Shown here: piece after piece, positions 43,066 through 52,905 of the stretch
Layout: the number at the start of each line of letters is the position of its first letter
Numbering within the stretch: position 1 is the first letter of the stretch
Assembly (NCBI GenBank): GCA_020852055.1
Contig: JADZBP010000098.1
Span: 1,262 to 65,261, forward strand
Reading direction: 5' to 3'
Length of the DNA stretch: 64,000 nt
Source: Candidatus Latescibacterota bacterium
Lineage (GTDB): Bacteria > Latescibacterota > UBA2968 > UBA8231
Position numbers and translations under genes: made by a program
Notes under the pieces: model-generated
Told to the model about the DNA's origin: nothing
The model's input: the letters and a program-made list of their open reading frames with translations, nothing else
The model's database searches: none

Positions 43066-45312
43066 ATGACTGCCAAACACGCTACCCCCATTCCTCCTCA
43101 GGTGGAGGTCCGCCAGCATCTGGGCCGGCCCCAGGTCTTCATCGACGGCCAGCCCCGCGCCCTGGCCGGTTTCAACACCTTTGGCAAGGAGGCCTTCGAC
43201 CGCTCGATGGGTCTGGCCTACCCCCACAAGATGGAGGTGTACTTCATCCAGCCCGAGATGCCGGGGGCCTGGCCGGAGACCCGTTTCTGGATGGGCGACC
43301 AGATCGACGAGGACCCGCCGATGCCGGCCGGCAACTTCGACCTGGATGCCCAGGCCGAACACGTGCTGCAGGGCGACCCGGATGCGTACCTCTTCGTGCG
43401 CTTCACCATCTGGCCCCCGCCCACATGGACCGCCCTGCACCCGCAAGAGGCCTTTGTCACCGAGACCGGGGTGCCGTTGACCCACGCCTCCCTGGCCTCG
43501 GACCTCTTCTTCGATACGGCGGCCCGTTTCACTGCGGCCCTGGTCCGCTTCTGTGAGTCCCGGCCCTGGGCCTGCCGGGTCATTGGGTACGCCAACTTCC
43601 ACGTGTGCGAGGGCACCCATCCACCGGTGATGGCCGGCTGGCTCTACGACCACGGCCCGCTGATGACCCGGCGCTGGCGCGATTTCCTGCGGGCCAAGTA
43701 CGGCACCGAGGAGGCACTGCGCGAGGCGTACGGCGATGCGGCCCTCACCTTCGCGACGGCGCTGGTTCCCCGCGACCGCTTGCGCGGCCCCCTGCCCGAG
43801 GTGGCGCAGCAGCTCTACTGGCAGGACCGCAAGGAGAACCAGCCCCTGCGCGACTACCTCGAACTGACCCGGGAGCTGTGGCATTTGCGCTTCCGCCAGC
43901 AGGGGGCGGCGATGCAGGCGGCGGCGCCGCGCCGGGTGCTCTGCCTGCACGACGCCCTCAAGCAGGTGATGCTGGGCTGGAGCAACTACGGCTTCTTCAA
44001 CTATCCCGGCGGGGGCCAGGGGGTGTCGTGGAGCCCGGCCTACGTGGACATGGTCGCCGCCTCGGGGCATCTGGGGGTGGCCCCGCTCTTCGACGCGCCC
44101 GGCTGCGACGGGCTGATCACCCCGCACGACTACCAGGCGCGGGGCATCGGCGGGGTGTACGAGACTGAGGGCATCGCCGACTCGGCGGTGCTGCGCGGCA
44201 AGCTGCTCTACGGCGAGATGGACACCCGAACCTGGGTGCGCACCCCCAACGAGATCGGCCTGGCCCGCGACGAGCGCGAGTACGCGGCCAATACCTGGCG
44301 CAACCTGGCCACTGGCTTCACCCGCGGCTATCACTCCTACTGGATGGAGTTCGGGGCCGGCTGGTTCGACCCGGAGGGCATCCGCCAGGTGATCCGCCGG
44401 CAGGTGGAGGTGATCAAGGAGTCGGTGCACTGGCAACACGAGACGGTGCCGGGCATCGCCATGATCCTCGACGACCAGGCGGTGCTGGAGACCAGCGGGG
44501 CGGGCAACTATTTCAACGAAGCCATCATGTGGGAGTGGAAGATGGGGCTGGCCCGCTGCGGGGTGCCCCACAACATCTACCTCTTTGAGGATCTGGAACT
44601 CGACAATTTTCCGCAGCACCGGGTCTACTATTTCCCCAACCTCTTCCGGGTGGACGAGGCCCGGCTGGAGCTGCTGCGCCGCAAGGTCTTCCGCGACGGG
44701 GCCCTGGTGGTCTGGGGGCCGGGTTCGGGTATCTCCGACGGGGAGCAGATCGGGACCGAGTCGGCCAGCCGGCTCACCAGCTTCGAGTTCGAAATGATCC
44801 GCGCCAATGCCCAGCGGCGGGTGCTGATCTCCAACTTCGACCACGCCATCACCCGCAGCCTGGAGCCGGACCTGGTGCTGGGCGGGCCGCTGCCCTACGG
44901 GCCGGTGCTGCTGCCCAGGGACTGCCTGGAGCTGGGCCTGGCCTGGGCCAAGGGTGGGTACAACCACATCGGGCTGGGCCTGAAGGAATTCGGCAAGGGC
45001 GCGGGCAGGGACCGGGGGCCGGAGGATTGGGCCGGGGTGTTCTCCACGGTGGTGAACCTGCCGGCCAATCTGTGGCGGAACCTGGCCCGCTACGCCGGGG
45101 CGCACGTGTACTGCGAGACCAACGACGTGCTGCTGGCCAACAATAGTGTGGTGGCGCTGCACTCCCTCAAATCGGGGGAGAAGCGGCTCTCCCTGCCGGG
45201 GGGGTGCCGGGTCCGCGACCTGATCTCGGGCAGCGAGTATTCACCGGCTACCGAGGAGATCCGCTTCACCCTCCAGGCCCCCGAGACCCGGGTCTTCCTG
45301 TTGGAACGATGA
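43066..45312 (+). CDS. 748-aa distant GH42-like glycoside hydrolase candidate (TIM barrel + GATase-like middle domain + beta-sandwich)
   Basis: The ORF is trimmed to the ATG at 43066. WRDFLRAKYGTEEALREAYG and HRVYYFPNLFRVDEARLELLRRKVFRDGALVVWGPG resemble the GH42 barrel end and trimerisation-domain patterns. The functional call is weak. Confidence 0.4.
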   Translation: MTAKHATPIPPQVEVRQHLGRPQVFIDGQPRALAGFNTFGKEAFDRSMGLAYPHKMEVYFIQPEMPGAWPETRFWMGDQIDEDPPMPAGNFDLDAQAEHVLQGDPDAYLFVRFTIWPPPTWTALHPQEAFVTETGVPLTHASLASDLFFDTAARFTAALVRFCESRPWACRVIGYANFHVCEGTHPPVMAGWLYDHGPLMTRRWRDFLRAKYGTEEALREAYGDAALTFATALVPRDRLRGPLPEVAQQLYWQDRKENQPLRDYLELTRELWHLRFRQQGAAMQAAAPRRVLCLHDALKQVMLGWSNYGFFNYPGGGQGVSWSPAYVDMVAASGHLGVAPLFDAPGCDGLITPHDYQARGIGGVYETEGIADSAVLRGKLLYGEMDTRTWVRTPNEIGLARDEREYAANTWRNLATGFTRGYHSYWMEFGAGWFDPEGIRQVIRRQVEVIKESVHWQHETVPGIAMILDDQAVLETSGAGNYFNEAIMWEWKMGLARCGVPHNIYLFEDLELDNFPQHRVYYFPNLFRVDEARLELLRRKVFRDGALVVWGPGSGISDGEQIGTESASRLTSFEFEMIRANAQRRVLISNFDHAITRSLEPDLVLGGPLPYGPVLLPRDCLELGLAWAKGGYNHIGLGLKEFGKGAGRDRGPEDWAGVFSTVVNLPANLWRNLARYAGAHVYCETNDVLLANNSVVALHSLKSGEKRLSLPGGCRVRDLISGSEYSPATEEIRFTLQAPETRVFLLER

Positions 45313-45331
45313 GTGCGATGAAGGAGGAACG

Positions 45332-46333
45332 ATGAACCGACCGCCGGAGCAATTCATCCTGGTCCGAGAGGAACGCCTGCTGGAATTCGTGCAGGCCTGC
45401 TTCGAGAAGGTGGGGCTGGAGGCGGAACACGCCGGACTGATCAGCCGGCTGCTGGTCAATGCCGATCTGCGCGGGGTGCGTTCCCACGGCTCGCGCAACA
45501 CCCACGGGTATTGTTCGGCCTTTGCCCAGGGTCAGCTCAACCCCCGGCCTCAGATCCGCCTGGCCCACGAGAACCCCACCACCGCCGTGATCGACGGGGA
45601 TGGCACCCTGGGGTACCTGCCCATGGTGCGCGCCGCCGAGGAGGCGGTGGCTCGGGCCAAACAGTTCGGCCTGGGCATGGGACTGGTGCGCTGCATCGGC
45701 CACTACGGCTCGGCCGGCCACTACACCCGCATCTGCCTCGAACAAAATTGCATTGGCCTTTCGGTGCAGGGCTGGCGCGGCGAGGGCAACGCCCATGGCC
45801 GCGAGACCAAACCCTCGGTGGCCTTCAGCGGCAACCCACCCATCTGTTTTGCCATGCCCGCCGGCGAGGAACCCGCCGTGGTGCTGGACACCGGCACCAA
45901 TATCTTCGGGGCGTACAATTATCCCGAGTTCGCCGATCTGCAGACCCGGGTGCCGGCGGCCTTCTTCAAGAGCATCGGCTACATCGCTGTGGCCACCCTG
46001 GTGGGCGGGGCTCTGACCGGGTACACCCTGCCGCGCGGCGACGAGGTGGAGGCCCGCTGGGGCGCGGCGCGTATGGGCGGCATGGTGCTGGCCATCGATG
46101 TGGCCGCTGCTGTCGATCCGGGGGTCTTTGCCGCCGAGGCCGATCGTTATATACGCGATATCCGCGAGACCCACGCGCCCCTGGCCGGCACCGACCGGGC
46201 CCTGCTGCCGGGGGCGGTGGAGGAGGAGTTGATGGCCAGGTACCGGCGCGAGGGTATCCACTTTGGCGAACCCGAGCAGGAGTCGATCCGGGCAGCGCAC
46301 CAGCAGTTCGGCGCGCCCCTGCCCTGGGACTGA
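45332..46333 (+). CDS. Ldh_2 family (malate/L-lactate/ureidoglycolate-type) NAD(P)H-dependent oxidoreductase
   Basis: 333 aa with LVNADLRGVRSHGS and GHYGSAGHY. The length and order are typical of PF02615. Confidence 0.8.
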   Translation: MNRPPEQFILVREERLLEFVQACFEKVGLEAEHAGLISRLLVNADLRGVRSHGSRNTHGYCSAFAQGQLNPRPQIRLAHENPTTAVIDGDGTLGYLPMVRAAEEAVARAKQFGLGMGLVRCIGHYGSAGHYTRICLEQNCIGLSVQGWRGEGNAHGRETKPSVAFSGNPPICFAMPAGEEPAVVLDTGTNIFGAYNYPEFADLQTRVPAAFFKSIGYIAVATLVGGALTGYTLPRGDEVEARWGAARMGGMVLAIDVAAAVDPGVFAAEADRYIRDIRETHAPLAGTDRALLPGAVEEELMARYRREGIHFGEPEQESIRAAHQQFGAPLPWD

Positions 46334-46344
46334 AAGGCATATCG

Positions 46345-47793
46345 ATGAAGGATCTGGCTTATTCCCTAGGATGCTTGCGGGACTTGGACTGGCTGGCCGC
46401 TTCGGACCTGGAAGGCAAGTGTGTGATGGATTCCAGCCTCAACCAGCGCATGGGGCCGCGCGACTGCAACTTCTTCCTGCGCGACGAGCGCGAAGGGGAC
46501 AAACTCTGGCATGTGCTGGTCGACTACGAGGGGCCGGGGTGCCTCACCCGTTTCTGGACCGCCGGGGACTTCGACGGCGAGTTGGAGTTCTACTTCGACG
46601 GGGCCAGGGAGCCGGCCATCCGCACCACCCTGAGGGCGTTTTTCAGCGGCGGGCTTTTCCCCTTCGTCAAACCCGTGGTGATGGACTGCGCCGATTCGAG
46701 CCAGGGCCGGGTCTCCTATCTGCCCATACCCTTTGCCAAGGGCTGCAAGGTGCGCGCCTGTAGCGGAACCGGCAGCTTCTACTGGCAGATCAACGCCCTG
46801 CGTTACCCCCATGGGGTGGAGGTGCAGACCCTGCCATCCCAGTGGAGTGCGGCCCAGCGCCAGGCCCTGGAGCAGGTGTGCAACCGTTGGGGCCGGGATC
46901 ACGGTTTTCCCGGCGGAGAGGGGGCCAGGCTGGTGCGGGTCGAAGTGCCCCGGCGCAGCGAGGTGGTGGTGTTCGAGTCGGAGGGGGAGGGTTGTATCGA
47001 TCAACTCGATTTCGACCTGGGCAGTGAACCCGAGGCCCTTTCCTCCCTGGCCCTGCAGATCTGCTGGGACGGCGAGGCGGCCCCGGCCGTGGCCGTGCCC
47101 CTGAGCCACTTCTTCTGTCAGGGCGCCAAACGCCGCGATTTCTCCTCCCTGCTCTTGCGGCGCCAGGGCGGGCGGCTGAGCGCCGCCTTCCCGATGCCCT
47201 ACGCCAAAGGGGCGCGGGTGAAGCTGGTCAACTCCTCCACCGCCGACCTGGGCCTGACGGTCGGCATCGCTCACCGGGCCGCCCCCTGCACCACGGAGCT
47301 GCGTTTCCACTGCCGGTACCAGCGCGAACACTTCACCTACGGCACCCTGTACCAGGTGCTCAAACTGGAGGGTCGGGGGCGTTTCGTGGGTCTCAACCAG
47401 GTGACCCAGCAGGTGGGGGCCGCGGTGCACGGCTGTTTCAACCAGGAAGGCAATGAATACATATATGTAGACGGGGAGCAGGACCCCTCCTGGCTGGGCA
47501 CGGGCACCGAGGACTATTTCAATTGCGCCTATTTCTACTTGCTGGGAGAGGTGGATACCCCTACCCACGGGTGTCTCGACCAGTCCTATAGCGACACCGG
47601 CCTGGAAGAGCGGGGGCGGGTCTCGGCCTACCGGCTGCATCTGCTCGACGCAGTGCCCTTCCATCGGTCCTTCCTGCTGCTCCAGGAGGCCGGTTGTCCC
47701 AAAAAAGGGGCCCTCGCCGGGCTCAACGGCCGGGAGCAACTGGTCTATCAGTGGACCTGCTATTGGTACCAGGGAATGGTTGACCAGTCCTGA
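46345..47793 (+). CDS. DUF2961 / GH172-family protein
   Basis: The ATG at 46345 starts MKDLAYSLGCL. Motifs are GPGCLTRFWTAG, EFYFDG, YLPIPFAKG and GTGTEDYFNCAYF, as in DUF2961. The listed 760-aa ORF is an artefactual upstream extension. Confidence 0.7.
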   Translation: MKDLAYSLGCLRDLDWLAASDLEGKCVMDSSLNQRMGPRDCNFFLRDEREGDKLWHVLVDYEGPGCLTRFWTAGDFDGELEFYFDGAREPAIRTTLRAFFSGGLFPFVKPVVMDCADSSQGRVSYLPIPFAKGCKVRACSGTGSFYWQINALRYPHGVEVQTLPSQWSAAQRQALEQVCNRWGRDHGFPGGEGARLVRVEVPRRSEVVVFESEGEGCIDQLDFDLGSEPEALSSLALQICWDGEAAPAVAVPLSHFFCQGAKRRDFSSLLLRRQGGRLSAAFPMPYAKGARVKLVNSSTADLGLTVGIAHRAAPCTTELRFHCRYQREHFTYGTLYQVLKLEGRGRFVGLNQVTQQVGAAVHGCFNQEGNEYIYVDGEQDPSWLGTGTEDYFNCAYFYLLGEVDTPTHGCLDQSYSDTGLEERGRVSAYRLHLLDAVPFHRSFLLLQEAGCPKKGALAGLNGREQLVYQWTCYWYQGMVDQS

Positions 47794-47850
47794 GGACCGG
47801 ATATCTTTAACTAGTAGAGCGCATCACCTAGGAGAAAGGACGAGATCGAG

Positions 47851-48150
47851 ATGCAGCCCATCATCAGCGTGAGGAATCCGGCCCACATTTCCGATCGCAC
47901 CAAGGAACACATCGAAAAGACCTGTACCAAGCTGGGGCATTTCTACGACCGTATCATCGATTGCGAGGTGGTGATCGAGAAGCAGAAGCTGGGCACCTCA
48001 GTCGAGTTCATCGTCAAGGTGCCGCAGCAGACCCTGGTGGCCTCTGCTTCCACGGAGGACGAGAATCTCTTCAAGGCGGTGGACGAGGCGTACGAGCGGG
48101 TGGAGGTACAGCTCAAAAAATACCGCGACAAACAGGTGGAACACCGCTAA
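47851..48150 (+). CDS. hpf: ribosome hibernation-promoting factor (short HPF/RaiA, sigma54-modulation protein family)
   Basis: 99 aa: MQPIISVRN.HISDRTKEHIEKTCTKLGHFYDRIIDCEVVIE...NLFKAVDEAYERVEVQLKKYRDK. Confidence 0.9.
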   Translation: MQPIISVRNPAHISDRTKEHIEKTCTKLGHFYDRIIDCEVVIEKQKLGTSVEFIVKVPQQTLVASASTEDENLFKAVDEAYERVEVQLKKYRDKQVEHR

Positions 48151-48185
48151 GAGGGATTGGCAGTAGGGTATACGGTAGGTTGTGG

Positions 48186-48221
48186 GCCACTGCCCCTGGG
48201 AGGGGTGGTGGCTTTTTTTTT
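48186..48221 (+). terminator. intrinsic terminator after hpf
   Basis: The 12-bp stem gccactgcccct / aggggtggtggc (two G-U pairs) has a 3-nt loop and is followed by T9. Confidence 0.85.
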
Positions 48222-48326
48222 GGCTTTGCGTTGATCCCCGCTAGGCACTGTAGTATTATAAACTTCATACCCGGCGGGAAGGGTTTTTCCCGCCACCGAC
48301 AACCTCAACGAGAAACTTAGGCACAG

Positions 48327-49490
48327 ATGATCATCGGAATTCCCAAAGAGACGAGTCCGGGTGAGCGACGTGTGGCCCTGGTGCCCGAGGGTGTCGCCTC
48401 ACTGCGCAAGAAGGGGGTGGAGGTGCTGGTGGAGGCTGGGGCCGGCGAGGGCAGCGGCCTGCCCGACGCCGAGTACACCAAAAAGGAGGCCAGCGTGGTG
48501 GCCAGCCGGGCCGAGATCTTCGCCCGGGCGGACGTCATCATGCAGGTGCGCACCCCCGGCGCCAACCCCGAAACCGGGGAGGCCGACCTAAAAATGCTGC
48601 GCTCCGGCCAGATCCTCATCGGCCTGGCCGAGCCGCTGATCGCCCTCGAAACAGCGAAGGCGGTGGCGGCCGCCGGGGTGACGAGTTTTGCCCTGGAGTT
48701 GATGCCGCGCATCACCCGCGCCCAGAGCATGGACGTGCTCTCCTCGATGGCCAATATCGCCGGGTACAAAGGCGTGTTGATGGCGGCCAACGAGTTGCCG
48801 CGCATCTTCCCCATGATGATGACCGCCGCTGGCACCCTCAAGCCGGCCAAGGTGCTGGTGATCGGGGTCGGGGTGGCCGGGTTGCAGGCCATCGCCACCG
48901 CCCGGCGCCTGGGTGCTGTGGTGCAGGGCTACGATGTGCGCCCGGTGGTCAAGGAGCAGGTGGAGAGCCTGGGGGCCAAGTTTGTGGACCTGGGGTTGGA
49001 GACGGCCCAGGCCCAGGACGCGGGCGGGTACGCCAAGGAGCAGAGCCAGGATTTCTACCGCCGGCAGCAGGAAGCCCTGGGCAAGGTGGTGGCCGCCAAC
49101 GACGTGGTCATCACCACCGCCCTGGTGCCCGGCAAGCGGGCGCCGGTGCTGGTCAGCGCCGAGATGGTGAAGCTGATGGCGCCCGGGTCCATCGTCGTCG
49201 ATCTGGCCGCCGAAAGGGGCGGCAACTGCGAACTCACCCAGCCGGGCGAGACCGCGGTGGTCGGCGGGGTGAGGATCATGGGCCCGCTCAATCTGCTGTC
49301 CACAGTTCCCAACCATGCCAGCCAGCTCTACTCCCACAACATTACGACCTTCTTCACTCACCTGATCCGGTCGGGGGAGATTTCCTACGACCTGGAAGAC
49401 GAGATCACCCAGCAGACCCTGGTGACCCGCGAGGGCCAGGTGGTCCACGGGCGGGTGAAAGAGCTCATGGCGCCGAAAGCCTCGGCTTAA
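48327..49490 (+). CDS. pntA: NAD(P) transhydrogenase subunit alpha part 1 (dI domain)
   Basis: 387 aa: MIIGIPKETSPGERRVALVPE, with the Rossmann motif VIGVGVAGLQAIATARRLGA and the alanine-dehydrogenase/PNT fold. Confidence 0.95.
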   Translation: MIIGIPKETSPGERRVALVPEGVASLRKKGVEVLVEAGAGEGSGLPDAEYTKKEASVVASRAEIFARADVIMQVRTPGANPETGEADLKMLRSGQILIGLAEPLIALETAKAVAAAGVTSFALELMPRITRAQSMDVLSSMANIAGYKGVLMAANELPRIFPMMMTAAGTLKPAKVLVIGVGVAGLQAIATARRLGAVVQGYDVRPVVKEQVESLGAKFVDLGLETAQAQDAGGYAKEQSQDFYRRQQEALGKVVAANDVVITTALVPGKRAPVLVSAEMVKLMAPGSIVVDLAAERGGNCELTQPGETAVVGGVRIMGPLNLLSTVPNHASQLYSHNITTFFTHLIRSGEISYDLEDEITQQTLVTREGQVVHGRVKELMAPKASA

Positions 49491-49510
49491 AGTTCAGGAG
49501 ATCATCCACG

Positions 49511-49927
49511 ATGCGACAGGTGCGCTGCAAAGCACACGCGGTTTTGGCCACCGCTGCCCTCTGGGGCCTGGCAGTGGTCCGCGCCGCCGGCGCCGAAACT
49601 CATGCTGCCGGCGGGCATACCCCGCCGTCGGGCGACTACTGGTCCCTGCTTTTTGTCTTTGTCCTCTCCACCTTCATCGGCATCGGGGTGGTGGCTCGGG
49701 TCTCGCGACTCCTGCATACGCCGCTGATGTCCCTCACCAACGCGATCTCTGCCATCGCCATCGTCGGTTCCATCCTGGTCACCGGCTCCGACTATCCCGA
49801 AGAGATCCGCATCATGGGCGCGGTGGCGCTCTTCGCCTCGACCACCAATATCGTCAGCGGTTTTCTGATCACTGACCGCATGCTCAAAATGTTCAAGCAG
49901 GCGCCGCGCGGGGAGGGCAAGAAATGA
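49511..49927 (+). CDS. NAD(P) transhydrogenase subunit alpha part 2 (membrane dII-alpha), with about 40-aa N-terminal extension
   Basis: The core reads LFVFVLSTFIGIGVVARVSRLLHTPLMSLTNAISAIAIVG. The only ATG in frame gives an extra hydrophobic N-terminal segment. Confidence 0.85.
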   Translation: MRQVRCKAHAVLATAALWGLAVVRAAGAETHAAGGHTPPSGDYWSLLFVFVLSTFIGIGVVARVSRLLHTPLMSLTNAISAIAIVGSILVTGSDYPEEIRIMGAVALFASTTNIVSGFLITDRMLKMFKQAPRGEGKK

Positions 49928-51330
49928 TCCACAATCTGGTCCAACTTGCCTACGTAGCGGCCTCGATCCTGTTCATTTTCTCGCTGCACTGGATGAACGA
50001 CCCCAAGACCGCCCGCCACGGCGTGATCTCCGGGGTCATCGCCATGATACTGGCCATCATCGCCACCTGGATCCAGCCCGAGGTCGTGCACCACGGCTGG
50101 ATCGTGATCGCCCTGGCTGCGGGGGTGGTGGTCGGGGTGCCGCTGTCGCGGGTGCCGCTCACCGCTGTGCCCCAGCGGACGGCCGTCTCCCACGCCTTTG
50201 GCGGCCTGGCCGCCGGCCTGGTGGGCACCGCCAAATACTACCTGTGGGTAGGCGAAGGCCCCGAGCAACTCACGGCCTTTCGCATGGGCGCCATCGTTAT
50301 GGAAATCATCCTCGGCTACCTCACCTTCACCGGCAGTATCCTGGCTGCCGGCAAGTTGCAGGGGGTGAGCTGGATTCCCCAGCGGCCGGTTACCTACCCG
50401 CTGCAAAACCTGATCAATATCGCCCTGCTGGGCGCGGCGGTGGCCATGGGCGCCTACCTGGTCTCGGACCCGACCGGCCCGATGTCTGCCACCTTCTTCC
50501 CCGCCATCATCGGCCTGGCGCTGCTCTTCGGCATCCTGCTGATCATCCCCATCGGCGGGGCCGATATGCCCACGGTGATCTCCATCCTCAATTCCTATGC
50601 CGGCCTGTCGGCGGTGGCGATGGGCTTCGTGCTGGACAACAAACTGCTGATCATCGCCGGGGCGCTCGACGGCTCCAGCGGTCTGATCCTGTCGGTCATC
50701 ATGTGCCGGGCGATGAACCGCTCCTTCACCAACGTGCTCTTCGGCGCCTTTGGCCAGGTGCAGGTTGCCGAGGCCGGCAGCGACGACCGGGTCTACAAGG
50801 CCGAGACCATCGAGGGGGCGGCCCAGGTGTTGGAGCAGGCCAGCCTGGTGGTGATCATCCCCGGGTACGGCATGGCCGTGGCCCAGGCCCAGCACCGCGT
50901 GCACGAACTCTACGAGCAGCTCACCAAGCGGGGTATCACGGTGAAATTCGCCATCCACCCGGTGGCCGGCCGGATGCCCGGGCACATGAACGTGCTGCTG
51001 GCCGAGGCCGACGTGCCCTACAGCGACCTGGTGGAGATGGACGAGATCAACCCGGATATGCCCCAGTGCGACGTGGCCCTGGTTATCGGCGCCAACGACG
51101 TGGTGAATCCGGCGGCCCGCTCGATGAAAGGCAGCCCGATCTACGGCATGCCCATCATCGAGGCCGACAAGGCCAAGACGGTCTTCGCCATCAAACGCAG
51201 CAAGAACCCCGGCTTCGCCGGCATCGACAACGACCTGTACTTCCAGGACAACACCTTCATGCTCTTCGGCGACGCCAAAGCAGTGGTCGGCGAGCTGGTC
51301 AAACAGCTCGCGGGCGGCGGCGGCCACTGA
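49924..51330 (+). CDS. pntB: NAD(P) transhydrogenase subunit beta
   Basis: 468 aa with a multi-TM N-terminus. The dIII domain reads IIPGYGMAVAQAQH...FAIHPVAGRMPGHMNVLLAEA...GANDVVNP. Its start overlaps the previous stop by 4 nt. Confidence 0.96.
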   Translation: MIHNLVQLAYVAASILFIFSLHWMNDPKTARHGVISGVIAMILAIIATWIQPEVVHHGWIVIALAAGVVVGVPLSRVPLTAVPQRTAVSHAFGGLAAGLVGTAKYYLWVGEGPEQLTAFRMGAIVMEIILGYLTFTGSILAAGKLQGVSWIPQRPVTYPLQNLINIALLGAAVAMGAYLVSDPTGPMSATFFPAIIGLALLFGILLIIPIGGADMPTVISILNSYAGLSAVAMGFVLDNKLLIIAGALDGSSGLILSVIMCRAMNRSFTNVLFGAFGQVQVAEAGSDDRVYKAETIEGAAQVLEQASLVVIIPGYGMAVAQAQHRVHELYEQLTKRGITVKFAIHPVAGRMPGHMNVLLAEADVPYSDLVEMDEINPDMPQCDVALVIGANDVVNPAARSMKGSPIYGMPIIEADKAKTVFAIKRSKNPGFAGIDNDLYFQDNTFMLFGDAKAVVGELVKQLAGGGGH

Positions 51331-51393
51331 GCCTGGACCTGGCCGGCGGCCTGGTTGGCTGCGGGCCGGCATTCGATTAGATTCTAGCCTTGA

Positions 51394-51423
51394 GGGGGGC
51401 GTACTATCCGTGCGCCCCCTTTT
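51394..51423 (+). terminator. intrinsic terminator after pntB
   Basis: The stem ggggggcg / cgccccc has an 11-nt loop and is followed by TTTT. Confidence 0.7.
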
Positions 51424-51467
51424 GTACATGGGTTTCGGGGGGCGATCTACCACCAGGGAGGTCGGCC

Positions 51468-52841
51468 ATGTTGAGGCACCGCCGCAGCACCGCGTTCCAG
51501 GACACGCTGGTCATGGTGATGGCCGGAGGCCGGGGCGAGCGGCTCTACCCGCTCACCCGCGACCGCACCAAGGGGGCCGTGCCTTTTGGCGGCCAGTACC
51601 GGCTCATCGATTTCACCCTCTCCAACTGCGTCAACTCGGACCTGTGCCGGATCTGCGTCCTGCCGCAGTACAAGTCCGCCTCCCTGGAGCGCCATCTGCG
51701 CCTGGGCTGGTCCTTCCTGCGGCCCGAGCGCAACGAGGGCATCGAGGTGCTGCCGCCCCAGCAGCGGGTGGATGAGCACTGGTACCGGGGCACCGCCGAC
51801 GCGGTCTACCAGAACATCTATACCCTGCGCCAGTACGCGCCCGCCCAGACCCTGATCCTCTCCTCCGACCACCTCTACCGCATGGATTACCGCCTGCTGC
51901 TGGAGCACCACCTGCAGGCCGGCGCCGAGCTGACCATCGCCTGTATGAGCGCCGACCTGGGCGAGGCCCGGCGTTTCGGGGTGATCCAGGCCGCTCCCGA
52001 CGGGCAGGTGGTGGGTTTCGAGGAGAAACCGGCCCATCCCAAACCCATGCTCGGTTGCCCCGGGCGGGCCCTGGTGTCGATGGGCATCTACGTCTTCGAC
52101 ACCCAGGTGCTGATCGATCTGCTCGAGGAGGATGCGGCCCAGGTCCAGTCCTCGCGCGATTTTGGCCGCGACATCATCCCGCGTATGGTGCGGGAGCACC
52201 GGCGGGTGCAGGCCTGCGACGTGGCCGCCACCCAGGGGGAAGGCGGATTTTACTGGCGGGATATCGGCCTGGTGGACGCGTACTGGGAGGCCAGCATGGA
52301 TCTGCTGGGCGAGCGCCCGGCCTTTTCCCTGTACCAGCCCGACTGGCCACTCTATACCTGGCAACAGGCCCTGCCCCCCGCCCGCCTCGTCCAGACCGGA
52401 CAGAGCACCGAGGTGGCCGATTCGTTGGTGTGTCCCGGGGTAGTGATCGAGGGGGCGCGGGTGCACCGGGCCATCCTCTCCCCTGGCGTGGAGATCGGCT
52501 ACCGCGCCGAGGTTTACGATTCGGTGCTGATGGACGGGGTGAAGGTGGGGCCGGGGGCGCGCCTGCACCGGGTGATCATCGACAAAGGGGTGGTGGTGCC
52601 GCCGGGGGTGGAGTTGGGCATCAATCCGGAGGCGGACCGCCAGCGCTTCACCCTCACCCCGGGCGAGGTGGTGGTCCTGGGCAAGGACACCCGCCTCGAT
52701 CGGGATGGGAGTAATCAGGAAACCCCGCTTTCCGAGGAGGCTATCGAGGCGGCCGAATCCCTGCTGCTGCCCCGGCTCTACGGCCAGCCTTTCCGGCCCG
52801 GCATCGCGTGCGGGGGGGCTTCGGACAAGATCGCCTCCTGA
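51468..52841 (+). CDS. glgC: glucose-1-phosphate adenylyltransferase
   Basis: The ATG at 51468 sits behind GGGAGG. Motifs are VMAGGRGERLYPLTRDRTKGAVPFGGQYRLIDFTLSNCVNS, YRGTADAVYQN and FEEKP, followed by a left-handed beta-helix C-terminus. Confidence 0.95.
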   Translation: MLRHRRSTAFQDTLVMVMAGGRGERLYPLTRDRTKGAVPFGGQYRLIDFTLSNCVNSDLCRICVLPQYKSASLERHLRLGWSFLRPERNEGIEVLPPQQRVDEHWYRGTADAVYQNIYTLRQYAPAQTLILSSDHLYRMDYRLLLEHHLQAGAELTIACMSADLGEARRFGVIQAAPDGQVVGFEEKPAHPKPMLGCPGRALVSMGIYVFDTQVLIDLLEEDAAQVQSSRDFGRDIIPRMVREHRRVQACDVAATQGEGGFYWRDIGLVDAYWEASMDLLGERPAFSLYQPDWPLYTWQQALPPARLVQTGQSTEVADSLVCPGVVIEGARVHRAILSPGVEIGYRAEVYDSVLMDGVKVGPGARLHRVIIDKGVVVPPGVELGINPEADRQRFTLTPGEVVVLGKDTRLDRDGSNQETPLSEEAIEAAESLLLPRLYGQPFRPGIACGGASDKIAS

Positions 52842-52862
52842 GTCAGGCCGCTCTGGTTTCTG

Positions 52863-52898
52863 CCCCCTGTCCCGCAGTCGGTACAGGGGGTTTCTCTT
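52863..52898 (+). terminator. intrinsic terminator after glgC
   Basis: The stem ccccctgt / acaggggg is followed by TTTCTCTT. Confidence 0.7.
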
Positions 52899-52905
52899 GC
52901 CCGCC

